Below, piece after piece: positions 36,347-45,644 of a DNA stretch of 64,000 nucleotides. Source of the stretch: Candidatus Forterrea multitransposorum CG_2015-17_Forterrea_25_41 (GTDB lineage Archaea > Iainarchaeota > Iainarchaeia > Iainarchaeales > CSSED10-239); assembly GCA_009392915.1 (NCBI GenBank), contig CP045477.1, positions 256,001 through 320,000 on the forward strand. The letters run 5' to 3'. A program made the position numbers and the translations under genes. The number at the start of each line of letters is the position of its first letter. The stretch's first letter is position 1. The notes under the pieces were generated by a model. That model was not told where the DNA came from. It did not search any database and saw only the letters and a list, made by a program, of their open reading frames with translations.

Positions 36347-38164
36347 ATGCCTATTAATAAAAGTAAAATATATATAAATGGAAGTTTAGTTGGATTTCAT
36401 AACAATCCACTAAAATTAAAGCAAGAGCTTTTAAAAAAGAGAAGAAAAGGAGAAGTTGATGACCAAGTAAACATTGCTTTTAATCAAGAGACAAATGAAA
36501 TCTACATCAGTACTGATAGTGGAAGAGTTCAAAGGCCTTTGATTATTGTTGAAAATGGAAAATCAAAATTATCTGCTGATCTTGTAAAAGATATAAAAGA
36601 CCAAAAAATAGTTTGGGATGATCTTGTAAAAGATGGTGTTTTAGAGTATTTAGATGCTGAAGAAGAAGAAAATGCATTAGTTGCTTTAGATGAAAAAGAA
36701 TTAACTCCAGATCATACTCACTTAGAGATTTCTGGAACTGCTATTTTTAGTGTTATTTCATCAATGATTCCATTTATAAATCACAACATGGCTGGTAAAG
36801 CTATTCACGGTGCTAAAGTTTTCAAACAAGGTGTTGGTATTCCTTCTGCAAATTACAGAAATAGATTTGATACTGAAATGCATGTTCTTTATTATCCTCA
36901 AAGAACATTAGTAACTACAAGAACAGAAGAAATGATTCAATCTTATAGAAGACCAATGTCTCAAAATGCAGTTGTTGCTATTATGCCTTTTAAAGGATAT
37001 AATATGACTGATGCTTTAATAATTAATAAAGGTGCAATTGAAAGAGGAGTTGGAAGATCTTCATACTATAGAACTTATTCTGCTCAAGAAAACAGATATC
37101 CTTCAGGACAAGCAGATGAATTTATTGTCCCTGATGAAACAATTGTTGGATATAGAGGAGATGAAGTTTATAAAAATTTAGGTGCAGATGGAATTGCAAA
37201 TGTTGAATCTTATGTTGAAGAAGGTGGAGTTGTTATTGGTATGTCTTCCCCTCCAAGATTTGTTGAAGAAATCTCTGAGTATGGTGTTGTTTCTGAAGAA
37301 AGAAGAGAATCTTCTGTAACTTCTAGAAGACACTTAAAAGGTTATATTGACAAAGTTATGTTAACTCAAACTGTTGGTGGTGTTAAAATTTGTAAAATTA
37401 AAGTTAGATCAGACTTTATCCCACAGACAGGAGATAAATTTTGTTCAAATCACGGACAAAAAGGTGTTATTGGTGCTGTTATAAACGAAGAAGATATGCC
37501 TTTTACATCAAATGGTATGAAACCTGATTTTTTATTAAACCCTCACTCAATTCCTTCAAGAATGACTATTGGTCACTTACTTGAAACTATTGGTGGAAAA
37601 GTTGCTTCTTTAAAAGGAGAAATTATAGATGGTACTCCTTTCTATATTGATAAAGATAATCTTTTAGAAACTTTAAAAGCATATGGTTTTAGAGAAGATG
37701 GTAAAGAAACATTTTATGATGGAACTACTGGAGAAAAAATGGAAATGCCAATTTTTGTAGGTCCAGTTTCATTTAAAAGATTATATCACGTTGTTACAAA
37801 TAAAATACAATCAAGAGATACAGGTTCTATACAATTATTAACCAGACAACCAACCGAAGGTAAAGAAAAAGGTGGTGGACTAAGATTTGGTGAAATGGAA
37901 GGAGATGCTTTAATTGGTCATGGATCAGCTATGCTTTTACATGAAAAATTAATTGATTCTGCTGATGAACTTGAAGTCCATGTATGTTCTGATTGTGGAA
38001 TGATTGCAATTGATGATAAAATTAGAAATAGAAAATATTGTCCTATTTGTACAAATGGTACAATTGAAAAAATAAAAATTAGTTATGGTTTTAAGCTTCT
38101 TTTAGATGAACTTAAAGCTTTAGGTGTGTATCCAAAACTTGAAATTGGAGACAAAATAAATTAA
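36347..38164 (+). CDS. rpoB1: RNA polymerase subunit B' (C-terminal half of split RpoB)
   Basis: 605 aa with motifs GDKFCSNHGQKGVIG, NPHSIPSRMTIGHLLE, GGLRFGEMEGDALIGHG and the C-terminal Zn ribbon CSDCG...CPIC. Confidence 0.93.
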   Translation: MPINKSKIYINGSLVGFHNNPLKLKQELLKKRRKGEVDDQVNIAFNQETNEIYISTDSGRVQRPLIIVENGKSKLSADLVKDIKDQKIVWDDLVKDGVLEYLDAEEEENALVALDEKELTPDHTHLEISGTAIFSVISSMIPFINHNMAGKAIHGAKVFKQGVGIPSANYRNRFDTEMHVLYYPQRTLVTTRTEEMIQSYRRPMSQNAVVAIMPFKGYNMTDALIINKGAIERGVGRSSYYRTYSAQENRYPSGQADEFIVPDETIVGYRGDEVYKNLGADGIANVESYVEEGGVVIGMSSPPRFVEEISEYGVVSEERRESSVTSRRHLKGYIDKVMLTQTVGGVKICKIKVRSDFIPQTGDKFCSNHGQKGVIGAVINEEDMPFTSNGMKPDFLLNPHSIPSRMTIGHLLETIGGKVASLKGEIIDGTPFYIDKDNLLETLKAYGFREDGKETFYDGTTGEKMEMPIFVGPVSFKRLYHVVTNKIQSRDTGSIQLLTRQPTEGKEKGGGLRFGEMEGDALIGHGSAMLLHEKLIDSADELEVHVCSDCGMIAIDDKIRNRKYCPICTNGTIEKIKISYGFKLLLDELKALGVYPKLEIGDKIN

Positions 38165-38187
38165 AAACTTTATAAAAAGGATTAATT

Positions 38188-40776
38188 ATGAGTGGTGTTA
38201 AAAAAATAAAATCAATTGAGTTTAATATATTAAGCCCAGAAGTTATTAGAAAGATGTCTGGTGTAGAAATTTCTAGATCAGATACTTATGATAAAGATGG
38301 ATATCCAATAGAAAGAGGGGTAATGGATCTTCACTTAGGAGTAATTTCTCCAGGTTTAAGATGTAAGACTTGTGGTCATGGTATGAAAGATTGTCCTGGT
38401 CACTTTGGACATATTGAACTTACAAGACCTGTAATGCATCCTAAGTTTACTGAAAAAATATATCCTATACTTCAATCTAGTTGTAAAGAATGTGGTAAAC
38501 TTTTAATTGAAGATGAAAATAGAACTGAGCTTATGAGATATGCTCAAGATCCTGACAAACTTGCAAAATTCATAATTGATACTTCAAAAACTTTAAAAAA
38601 ATGTCCTCATTGTCAAGCAGAAATTTCAAAAGTTTCTTTAGATAAACCAACTAATTTCTTTGTAGATGGTGAAAGATTATATCCTTCTGATATTTTAGAT
38701 TGGATTTTAAAAATAGAAGATAAAGATTTATTTTTATTTGGATATTCTGAAAAATTAAAACCACAATGGTTTATTTTAAATGTTCTTCCAGTTCCTCCAG
38801 TTTCAATGAGACCTTCTCTTTCTCTTGAAAATGTTGTTACTGCTGAAAATGATTTAACTCACATGCTTTTAAACATTGTAAGAATTAATTCAAGACTTCA
38901 TGAAAACATGAATGCTGGTGCTCCACAAATAATTATTGAAGACTTGTGGGATCTTTTACAATACAATGTTACAACTTATTTTGATAATAATACAGCAGGT
39001 GTACCTCCTGCAAAACACAGATCTGGAAGAGCATTAAATACTTTAGCTCAAAGATTAAAAGGTAAAAAAGGAAGATTTAGATATAACTTAATTGGAAAAA
39101 GAGTTAATTCTGCATCAAGATCTACAATATCACCTTCTACAGAAGTTGCAATTGATGAACTTGGAATTCCTCAAGAAGTTGCAGATACTTTAACAGTTTC
39201 TGAAAGAGTAACTTCTTGGAATATTTCAAAGATTAAAGATTTTATTATGCAAGATAAAGTAAAATATTTAATATCTAAGAATAATAGAAAAAGAATGATT
39301 ACAGAATCAAACAGACAAGAAATAATAGATGCTTTAGAAGAAGGAACTATTGCTAAAAGAAAAATGGTTGATGGAGATTTAGTAATTTTTAACAGACAAC
39401 CAACACTTCATAGATCTTCAATTATGGGACACAAAGTAAAAGTTTTACCTGGTAAAACCTTTAGACTAAATCCAATTTCATGTGCTCCTTACAATGCGGA
39501 CTTTGATGGTGATGAAATGCAAATTCACGCTCCACAAAGTGAATCTTCTATTGCTGAGATTAAAAATCTTTTAATGGTTAATAATCATGTTTTAAGTATT
39601 AGACATGGTAAACCAATTATTACACCTACAGAAGACTTAATTTCTGGTGGATTTTTACTTACAAAACAAGATACTGAATTTACTAAAAAAGAAGCCATGG
39701 AAATGCTTTATTCAATAGGTGTTACAGAACTTCCTGCAGCTGATAGAGGAAGAGGACTTTATTCTGGTAAGTTAATTTTTAGTCAAATCTTACCAAATGA
39801 TCTTAATTTAGAATATGAAAATAAAATGTATACTATTATTAAGAAAATAAAAGGAAAAGTTACTAAAAAAGATATTGAAAAATACGATTGTTACTTTAAA
39901 ATTGAAAAAGGAAAATTAGTTTCTGGAGTCTTTGATGAAAGAGCAACTTCTCCTAAAAACTTAATTGATGTTATTGTAAGACATTATCCTACAGATTTTA
40001 TTTCTGAGTTTTATTATAAATTATCTAAATTAGTTTTTTATGCTTTATCAAAGAAAGGTTTAACTATTGCTTTAGATGAATATAAAACAACTAAAGAATT
40101 ACAAGTTGAAATTGATCAAAAAATAAAAGAATTAATTGTAAGTACAAATGCAATTGTTAAAAAATATGAAAATAAAACATTACCTTTAGTATCTGGTAAA
40201 AATCTAGATGAAACTTTTGAAATTGAAATGATGACAGCAGCATCTAATGTTAAGGATTATATTTCTGACAAAATACTTCTTGAAAAATTCAACGATATGT
40301 ATGATGATAGAAAAGTTTCAAACAATAACACAACTATGCTTTCAAGTGTAGGTGGGTCTAGAGGAAAAGTTTTAAATGTTGTAAACATTATTGGTCTTTG
40401 GGGACAAGTAACTGTTAGAACAGGAAGAGCTAAAAATGGTTTTAAAAATAGACTTTTAAGTTCTAATGTTTTAGGTTCAAATGCATTAATGGATTATGGT
40501 TTTGTTAAAAATAATTTCTATAATGGTATGACCCCTAAAGAATATTTCATCCACTCAATTGGTGGAAGACAAGGTGAAATTGACACTGGTGTTTCTACAA
40601 AAGTATCTGGATATCTTTATAGAAGACTTTCAAATGCTTTAAAAGATCTTGTTGTACAAGATGATTTATCTGTAAAGACAGCAGATGGACAAGTAATACA
40701 ATTTACTTATGGTGATGATGGTCTTTCCCCTGATAAAGCTTATCTTGGAAAGAATATTAATTTCTTCCACGAGTAG
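38188..40776 (+). CDS. rpoA1: RNA polymerase subunit A'
   Basis: Zn motifs CKTCGHGMKDCPGHFGHIEL and catalytic NADFDGDEMQIH. AGGA RBS upstream. Confidence 0.94.
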   Translation: MSGVKKIKSIEFNILSPEVIRKMSGVEISRSDTYDKDGYPIERGVMDLHLGVISPGLRCKTCGHGMKDCPGHFGHIELTRPVMHPKFTEKIYPILQSSCKECGKLLIEDENRTELMRYAQDPDKLAKFIIDTSKTLKKCPHCQAEISKVSLDKPTNFFVDGERLYPSDILDWILKIEDKDLFLFGYSEKLKPQWFILNVLPVPPVSMRPSLSLENVVTAENDLTHMLLNIVRINSRLHENMNAGAPQIIIEDLWDLLQYNVTTYFDNNTAGVPPAKHRSGRALNTLAQRLKGKKGRFRYNLIGKRVNSASRSTISPSTEVAIDELGIPQEVADTLTVSERVTSWNISKIKDFIMQDKVKYLISKNNRKRMITESNRQEIIDALEEGTIAKRKMVDGDLVIFNRQPTLHRSSIMGHKVKVLPGKTFRLNPISCAPYNADFDGDEMQIHAPQSESSIAEIKNLLMVNNHVLSIRHGKPIITPTEDLISGGFLLTKQDTEFTKKEAMEMLYSIGVTELPAADRGRGLYSGKLIFSQILPNDLNLEYENKMYTIIKKIKGKVTKKDIEKYDCYFKIEKGKLVSGVFDERATSPKNLIDVIVRHYPTDFISEFYYKLSKLVFYALSKKGLTIALDEYKTTKELQVEIDQKIKELIVSTNAIVKKYENKTLPLVSGKNLDETFEIEMMTAASNVKDYISDKILLEKFNDMYDDRKVSNNNTTMLSSVGGSRGKVLNVVNIIGLWGQVTVRTGRAKNGFKNRLLSSNVLGSNALMDYGFVKNNFYNGMTPKEYFIHSIGGRQGEIDTGVSTKVSGYLYRRLSNALKDLVVQDDLSVKTADGQVIQFTYGDDGLSPDKAYLGKNINFFHE

Positions 40777-40823
40777 AAATGTTATGTTTGTTGGACAATT
40801 TAAAATATTAAATGTGAAATATT

Positions 40824-41990
40824 ATGAGAGAACTTCCAAAATTAGTTTTAGAGAGAATTGAAAATTATTCTAAAAAGAAAAGTTTTAGTGATGCAAAACA
40901 AAAAAAATTAGTTGAAATTGTAACTAGAAAATACAATGATTCTTTAGTAACTCCTGGAGATGCTATGGGTCTTATTGCTGCTCAATCAATAGGTGAACCT
41001 GGAACACAGTTAACTTTAAGAACAAAGCACTATGCTGGATCTTTAGAAGTATCTGTTGGTCAAGGAATTCAAAGAGTAATTGAAATTGTTGATGGAAGAT
41101 TATCTTCAAAGTTTCCTTCTATGAAGCTTTATTTAAAGAAAGATGTTTTTAATACTGATAAAAAAATAAATAAATTTGCAAAAAGTTTAATAGATATTAA
41201 AGTTGGAGCAATTGGAGAATTCCAAGAAGATTTTTTAAACAGAACTGTTTCTTTTGTCCTAGATCATGAAAAAATTAATGAACTTGATATTGATAAAGAA
41301 GAAGTTATGACACTTATCTATGATAAGATAATTGATGTTTATGTTTCAAAAAGATTTACTCCAAATAAAAATGGTATAAATTTTACTTTTGATAAAGATA
41401 CACCTCTCTTCAATATTAGAAAAGCTATTATTAAATGGAATAAAATACCTTTATTTGGTATAAAAAATATAGAATTAACTGTTGTTTCAGAAGAGAATGG
41501 AGAAAAAGTAATTATTACTAAAGGTTCTAATCTTTCTGAAATTTTAAAAGTTGAAGAACTTGATACTCAAAGAAGTTACACAAATGATATTTTAGAAGTA
41601 AATAAAGTTTTTGGTATTGAAGCTGCAAGAGAATCAATAATAAGAGAACTTTATAATACTTTTGATAGTAATGGAATTGATATTAACAAAAGACATATTG
41701 CAATTTTAGCAGATCTTATGTGCTTTAATGGAAAAGTTAAAGGAATTGTAAGAACTGGAATTACAGGAGAAAAATCAAGTCCATTTGCAAGAGCTTCTTT
41801 TGAAGAAACTGTTAAACATATTCTTTCAGCTGCATTTGATGGTGAGAGAGAAAACTTCAAAGGAATTATTGAAAACCTTATTGTAGGACAACCAATACTT
41901 GCAGGAACTGGTAGAGTAAAACTTACTCTTGATCCTAAAAATCTTAAAAAAATGATAAAAAAACAAGAGAGTTTAATTGAAGATAAATAA
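40824..41990 (+). CDS. rpoA2: RNA polymerase subunit A''
   Basis: Motifs GDAMGLIAAQSIGEPGTQLTLRT.H.AG and FEETV..L..AA..GE.....G..EN.IVGQ.I..GTG. Confidence 0.93.
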   Translation: MRELPKLVLERIENYSKKKSFSDAKQKKLVEIVTRKYNDSLVTPGDAMGLIAAQSIGEPGTQLTLRTKHYAGSLEVSVGQGIQRVIEIVDGRLSSKFPSMKLYLKKDVFNTDKKINKFAKSLIDIKVGAIGEFQEDFLNRTVSFVLDHEKINELDIDKEEVMTLIYDKIIDVYVSKRFTPNKNGINFTFDKDTPLFNIRKAIIKWNKIPLFGIKNIELTVVSEENGEKVIITKGSNLSEILKVEELDTQRSYTNDILEVNKVFGIEAARESIIRELYNTFDSNGIDINKRHIAILADLMCFNGKVKGIVRTGITGEKSSPFARASFEETVKHILSAAFDGERENFKGIIENLIVGQPILAGTGRVKLTLDPKNLKKMIKKQESLIEDK

Positions 41991-42081
41991 ATAAAAAAAG
42001 AGATTCCTTTTTTAAATGTTGTGAAGCATAATTATATATTATATTAAAGGATTTTTTTTAAAAAAAATATAAGTGATTAAT

Positions 42082-42576
42082 ATGGATTGGAATAGATTTA
42101 ATACACAATTAAGAAGTGCAGTTGATACAGGAAAAGTAATTTATGGAACTAAAGAGACTTTAAGAGAATGTCTTGTTGGTGAACCTAAATTAGTTGTTGT
42201 TTCAAAGAATATAAAAAACATTACAAAAAAAGAAATTGAACATTTCTCAAACAAACTTAAGATTCATTTTATTGAATATCCAGAAAATGGTTTTGAATTA
42301 GGTTCTGTTTGTGGAAAACCTTTTAATATTTCTTCACTTGTAATTAAAGATTTAGGTCAATCATCAATTGTTGATGTTATTAACTTAAAAGAAGTTGTTG
42401 AAGAAAAAATGACTAAGTCTAAAATTAAAGCTGAAAAAAGACAAGTTAAAGAAGAAAAGAAAGCTGAAAAATCTAAAGCAAAGAAATTAAAAGAAATACA
42501 AAAAGAAGAAGATGATGAAAAGTCTATTAAAGAAGACGCAGCTTTAAAAGGAATTTTAAAAATTAAAAAGAAATAA
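42082..42576 (+). CDS. rpl30e: Ribosomal protein L30e with a ~60-aa Lys/Glu-rich C-terminal extension
   Basis: L30e-like core LRSAVDTGKVIYGTKETL......G..KLVVVS.N........IEHFS....I.F.....N..ELG..CGKPF.....VI.D.G.S. ATG 42082 is preferred over GTG 42073 because of the GTGA 7 nt upstream. It sits in the canonical position after rpoA''. Confidence 0.85.
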   Translation: MDWNRFNTQLRSAVDTGKVIYGTKETLRECLVGEPKLVVVSKNIKNITKKEIEHFSNKLKIHFIEYPENGFELGSVCGKPFNISSLVIKDLGQSSIVDVINLKEVVEEKMTKSKIKAEKRQVKEEKKAEKSKAKKLKEIQKEEDDEKSIKEDAALKGILKIKKK

Positions 42577-42580
42577 TTAA

Positions 42581-42841
42581 ATGGCTAGAAAAAATATAAA
42601 TAATTTTAACAGGAAAAAAAAAGTTGTAAAAGAAGCTATACCAGTTTCTGAGCAAAAAGTTAAAAAAATAAAACCTGGTAAAATTACTGCTGAAATTTCT
42701 ACTTTAATGAGTTTTGGTATTTATGTTAATAATCCAAAGAAAGCAGAAATGCTTTTAGCGGAAATATTTAAGGAAGCAAAAATAAGCGGCGAATCTATAT
42801 CTCTTGTTGCTAAGAGATTTAGAAATAAATTAAAAAAATAA
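42581..42841 (+). CDS. Hypothetical basic protein (86 aa) occupying the operon slot where archaeal nusA normally lies
   Basis: ORF 4 nt after rpl30e and 27 nt before rps12. No KH-domain GxxG signature is visible. Confidence 0.5.
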   Translation: MARKNINNFNRKKKVVKEAIPVSEQKVKKIKPGKITAEISTLMSFGIYVNNPKKAEMLLAEIFKEAKISGESISLVAKRFRNKLKK

Positions 42842-42868
42842 AAACTTAAAAAATAAAGGTGAATTTAT

Positions 42869-43294
42869 ATGGCAAACGGAGAATTTGCAGCAAAAAAGAA
42901 TATCAAAGATAGAAAAAAATGGAATAAAAAAGATCCTAGAGAAAAAAGAAGCATTAAAGTTAAAGCTAAGAAAGGACTTTTAAGAGGTGCTCCTCAAGCA
43001 AAAGGTATAGTTCTTGAGAAAAAAGGAATTACTGCAAGACAGCCAAACTCTGGTATTAGAAAATGTGTTAGAGTTAAGCTTATTAAAAATGGTAAGGAAT
43101 TAACTGCTCTTGCACCTAAAGATAAAGCTATTAAATTTATTGAGATACACGACCAAGTAACTGTTGAAGGTATTGGTGGACGTAAAGGAGGTCCAGTTGG
43201 TGATCTTTGGGGTGTAAAATACAAAGTTATCAAAGTTAATGGACAATCTCTTGAAATGCTTAGAACAGGTAAAAAAGAGAAATCTAAAAAATAG
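42869..43294 (+). CDS. rps12: Ribosomal protein uS12 (S12/S23e)
   Basis: Motifs [42 protein letters not shown] and [38 protein letters not shown] upstream. Confidence 0.94.
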   Translation: MANGEFAAKKNIKDRKKWNKKDPREKRSIKVKAKKGLLRGAPQAKGIVLEKKGITARQPNSGIRKCVRVKLIKNGKELTALAPKDKAIKFIEIHDQVTVEGIGGRKGGPVGDLWGVKYKVIKVNGQSLEMLRTGKKEKSKK

Positions 43295-43320
43295 GTAAAA
43301 TTTAAAAATTGGTGTTAAAT

Positions 43321-43920
43321 ATGATGATTTTAGGTAAATGGGCAACAAATGATGTTGTTTGTAAAGATTTAGGTATTGCAAGATATGTAAGTTTTAAAGA
43401 AAAAGAAATTCCTCATACTTTTGGAGTTGCTAAAAGTACTCCTACAGATAAAGCAAAAGTTAATGTTGTTGAAAGACTTATCAATAAAATGATGAGATCT
43501 GGTCAAGGTAAAAAGAAATTATCTGGAAAGTTTATTAGAGGAAAAAATGCTTGTGGTAAAAAAGATCAAATGATAAGAGTTGTTGATGAAGCTTTTGATC
43601 AAGTAAATAAAATTACAAAGCAAAACCCAATACAAGTTTTAGTTGAAGCTATTGAAAATTCTGCTCCTAGAGAAGATATTATCAAACTTCAAAGAGGAGG
43701 AATTAATTATAATCAAGCAGTTGATATTGCTCCTATACAAAGACTTGATGAAGCTTTAAAGAATTTAGCTCTTGCACCTTTCAAGGCAACTTTTAAAACT
43801 AAAAAAGACATGGCTTCAGCTCTTGCAGAAGAACTTATGGCAGCAGCTAAGAATGATCAAAAGAGTTATGGTGTAAAAAGAAAAGATGAAATTGAAAGAA
43901 TTGCACAAGGTTCTAGATAG
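43321..43920 (+). CDS. rps7: Ribosomal protein uS7
   Basis: Motifs VERLINKMMRSG..KK and NPIQVLVEAIENSAPREDI...RGG.....AVDI.P.R.LD.ALKNLA. ATG 43321 (GGTG 7 nt upstream) is preferred over TTG 43309. Confidence 0.9.
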   Translation: MMILGKWATNDVVCKDLGIARYVSFKEKEIPHTFGVAKSTPTDKAKVNVVERLINKMMRSGQGKKKLSGKFIRGKNACGKKDQMIRVVDEAFDQVNKITKQNPIQVLVEAIENSAPREDIIKLQRGGINYNQAVDIAPIQRLDEALKNLALAPFKATFKTKKDMASALAEELMAAAKNDQKSYGVKRKDEIERIAQGSR

Positions 43921-43938
43921 TTTTATTATTTTTGTTTT

Positions 43939-43962
43939 CTCTCTTTTTTTAAAAAAAGAGAG
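43939..43962 (+). terminator. Perfect 24-nt palindrome ctctcttttttt/aaaaaaagagag followed by T-runs, after rps7
   Basis: The 12-bp stem 43939-43950 / 43951-43962 has no loop spacer, so the real hairpin would open its central A/T pairs. Flanked by tttttt tracts. Confidence 0.5.
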
Positions 43963-44031
43963 GAATTTCTATTTTTTAAAAAAAAAATTCTTTTTTAAAC
44001 TTATTGATTTATTTATATTATTGTATCATTT

Positions 44032-44787
44032 ATGACTAGATTTAAAAATACTTTAAAAAAGTTATTACCAGATAGACTTAGATATGGAAAAGGCTATGTT
44101 CTTGAAAATAAAATGTCTAAAGTTTCAACTTCTTATAATATTAAAGAATATAATATAAATTATTTAAAAGAAGTTAATAATTTTTATAAAACATTTAGAC
44201 TAGATTCTAAAAAATATTCTCTTTCTAAAACTAATTTTAAAGCTTTAAGAAATAAAGACTCAAGAGAGCTTGTTGTTAGAGGAGTTTATTCTCTTTTTAA
44301 ATCTTTTAATGTTTCTGATGAATTAATTTTAAAAAGATTTCCAAATAAAACAAAAAAAGAAAGAGAGCTTATTAAAAATAAGTTATATAATCAGAAATAT
44401 CCTAAACTTGCAAGTGAAGTTATTGAAAGTATTAATTTATTTTTAAAAACTAGAAAACAAGAAATGCAACCAAGATACTTAGAAAAATTTGCAGAAATTT
44501 TTTATGAACTTAATCTTTTAAAAGAAAAAGAAAATTTAAGAATTGAAGGAAATAAATTTTTTTTAGAAGTTTTTAATAAACTTAATGAAATCACAAAACA
44601 AGAAAATAATTCTCAAAAAATAAACAATTCAACTCCTGCTTATGATTATTTATCTTCAATTTCTGGAGATTTTATTGAATTTGTAATTAGAAGTAGAAGT
44701 AATAATAAAAATAAATATGTAACTGTTAAAGAATTTAAAAAAGAACAATTTTCTTTAGATAGAATTAAAAAATATAGTGTTAGGTAA
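44032..44787 (+). CDS. Hypothetical Lys-rich protein (251 aa)
   Basis: ORF only; no recognisable motif. Inserted between rps7 and the EF-2 gene. Confidence 0.45.
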   Translation: MTRFKNTLKKLLPDRLRYGKGYVLENKMSKVSTSYNIKEYNINYLKEVNNFYKTFRLDSKKYSLSKTNFKALRNKDSRELVVRGVYSLFKSFNVSDELILKRFPNKTKKERELIKNKLYNQKYPKLASEVIESINLFLKTRKQEMQPRYLEKFAEIFYELNLLKEKENLRIEGNKFFLEVFNKLNEITKQENNSQKINNSTPAYDYLSSISGDFIEFVIRSRSNNKNKYVTVKEFKKEQFSLDRIKKYSVR

Positions 44788-44821
44788 ATTTTATAATAAT
44801 TTTTAAAAGAAAAGAAAAATC

Positions 44822-45451
44822 ATGCAAAAAGATAATAACTGGGATAATATTTATTCTTCTGTAAAGAATCTTAAAAAACTTCCTTGGGTAAGAACCACAA
44901 TACCAGAGTGGTTTAAACTAATAATTAATTCTAAATGGATAGCCCCTTGTAAAACATTAGATGTTGGGTGTGGAAATGGTTATTTTTCATATTATCTTTC
45001 AAAAAAAGGCTTTAAAGTTACAGGTATTGATGTTTCAAAAGAAATTATTATTTATGCAAAAAAATCTTATCCTCAAAGTAATAATCTAAAATTTATTGTG
45101 TCTAATTTTTTTAATAAAGAAACTCTTTCTGAAAAATATAATTTTATTTTAGATATTGGACTTTTCCATAATATCTTACCAGAGAAAAGAAAAGAATTTT
45201 CAAAAAGACTTTCAGAGCTTCTTTTTGATAAAGGTAAGGTTTTAATCTTTTGTTTTGATAAAAGAGAAGGTACTTTTGAGAATAAAGAAATATACTTTAA
45301 TTCATTAATTAACATGTATTCATATCCTCTTTCAAAAGAAGAAATAATTAAAACTTTTAGTAAAGATTTTATTATTGAAAAAATAGAAGAAATAAGACAT
45401 GGTACAAATAATTATAAAAGACGTTATCTTTGTTTTTTAATTAAAAAATAA
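44822..45451 (+). CDS. Class I SAM-dependent methyltransferase (209 aa)
   Basis: Motif I LDVGCGNGYFSYYLSKKGFKVTGIDVS..II..AK, with post-I and II segments NFILDIGLFHNI. Confidence 0.75.
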   Translation: MQKDNNWDNIYSSVKNLKKLPWVRTTIPEWFKLIINSKWIAPCKTLDVGCGNGYFSYYLSKKGFKVTGIDVSKEIIIYAKKSYPQSNNLKFIVSNFFNKETLSEKYNFILDIGLFHNILPEKRKEFSKRLSELLFDKGKVLIFCFDKREGTFENKEIYFNSLINMYSYPLSKEEIIKTFSKDFIIEKIEEIRHGTNNYKRRYLCFLIKK

Positions 45452-45644
45452 GTGATTTTAAGTAAAATATATGATTTTTTTAAAATAAGAAAAGGTATTT
45501 AAATAAATCTCTACCTATATTATATATAGTATACTATTTTTAGTATTATCCTAAAGAAAAGGTAGTATAGCAAATATTAATATTTTTTTAAAATCATATT
45601 ATAAAAAAATACATTCTAAAAATAACTATAAAGGTGAAAGTAAA

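Noticed and set aside
42994-43381. Two minus-strand ORFs (79 and 93 aa) across rps12/rps7
   Set aside because: They are antisense to highly conserved ribosomal protein genes. They are shadow ORFs.
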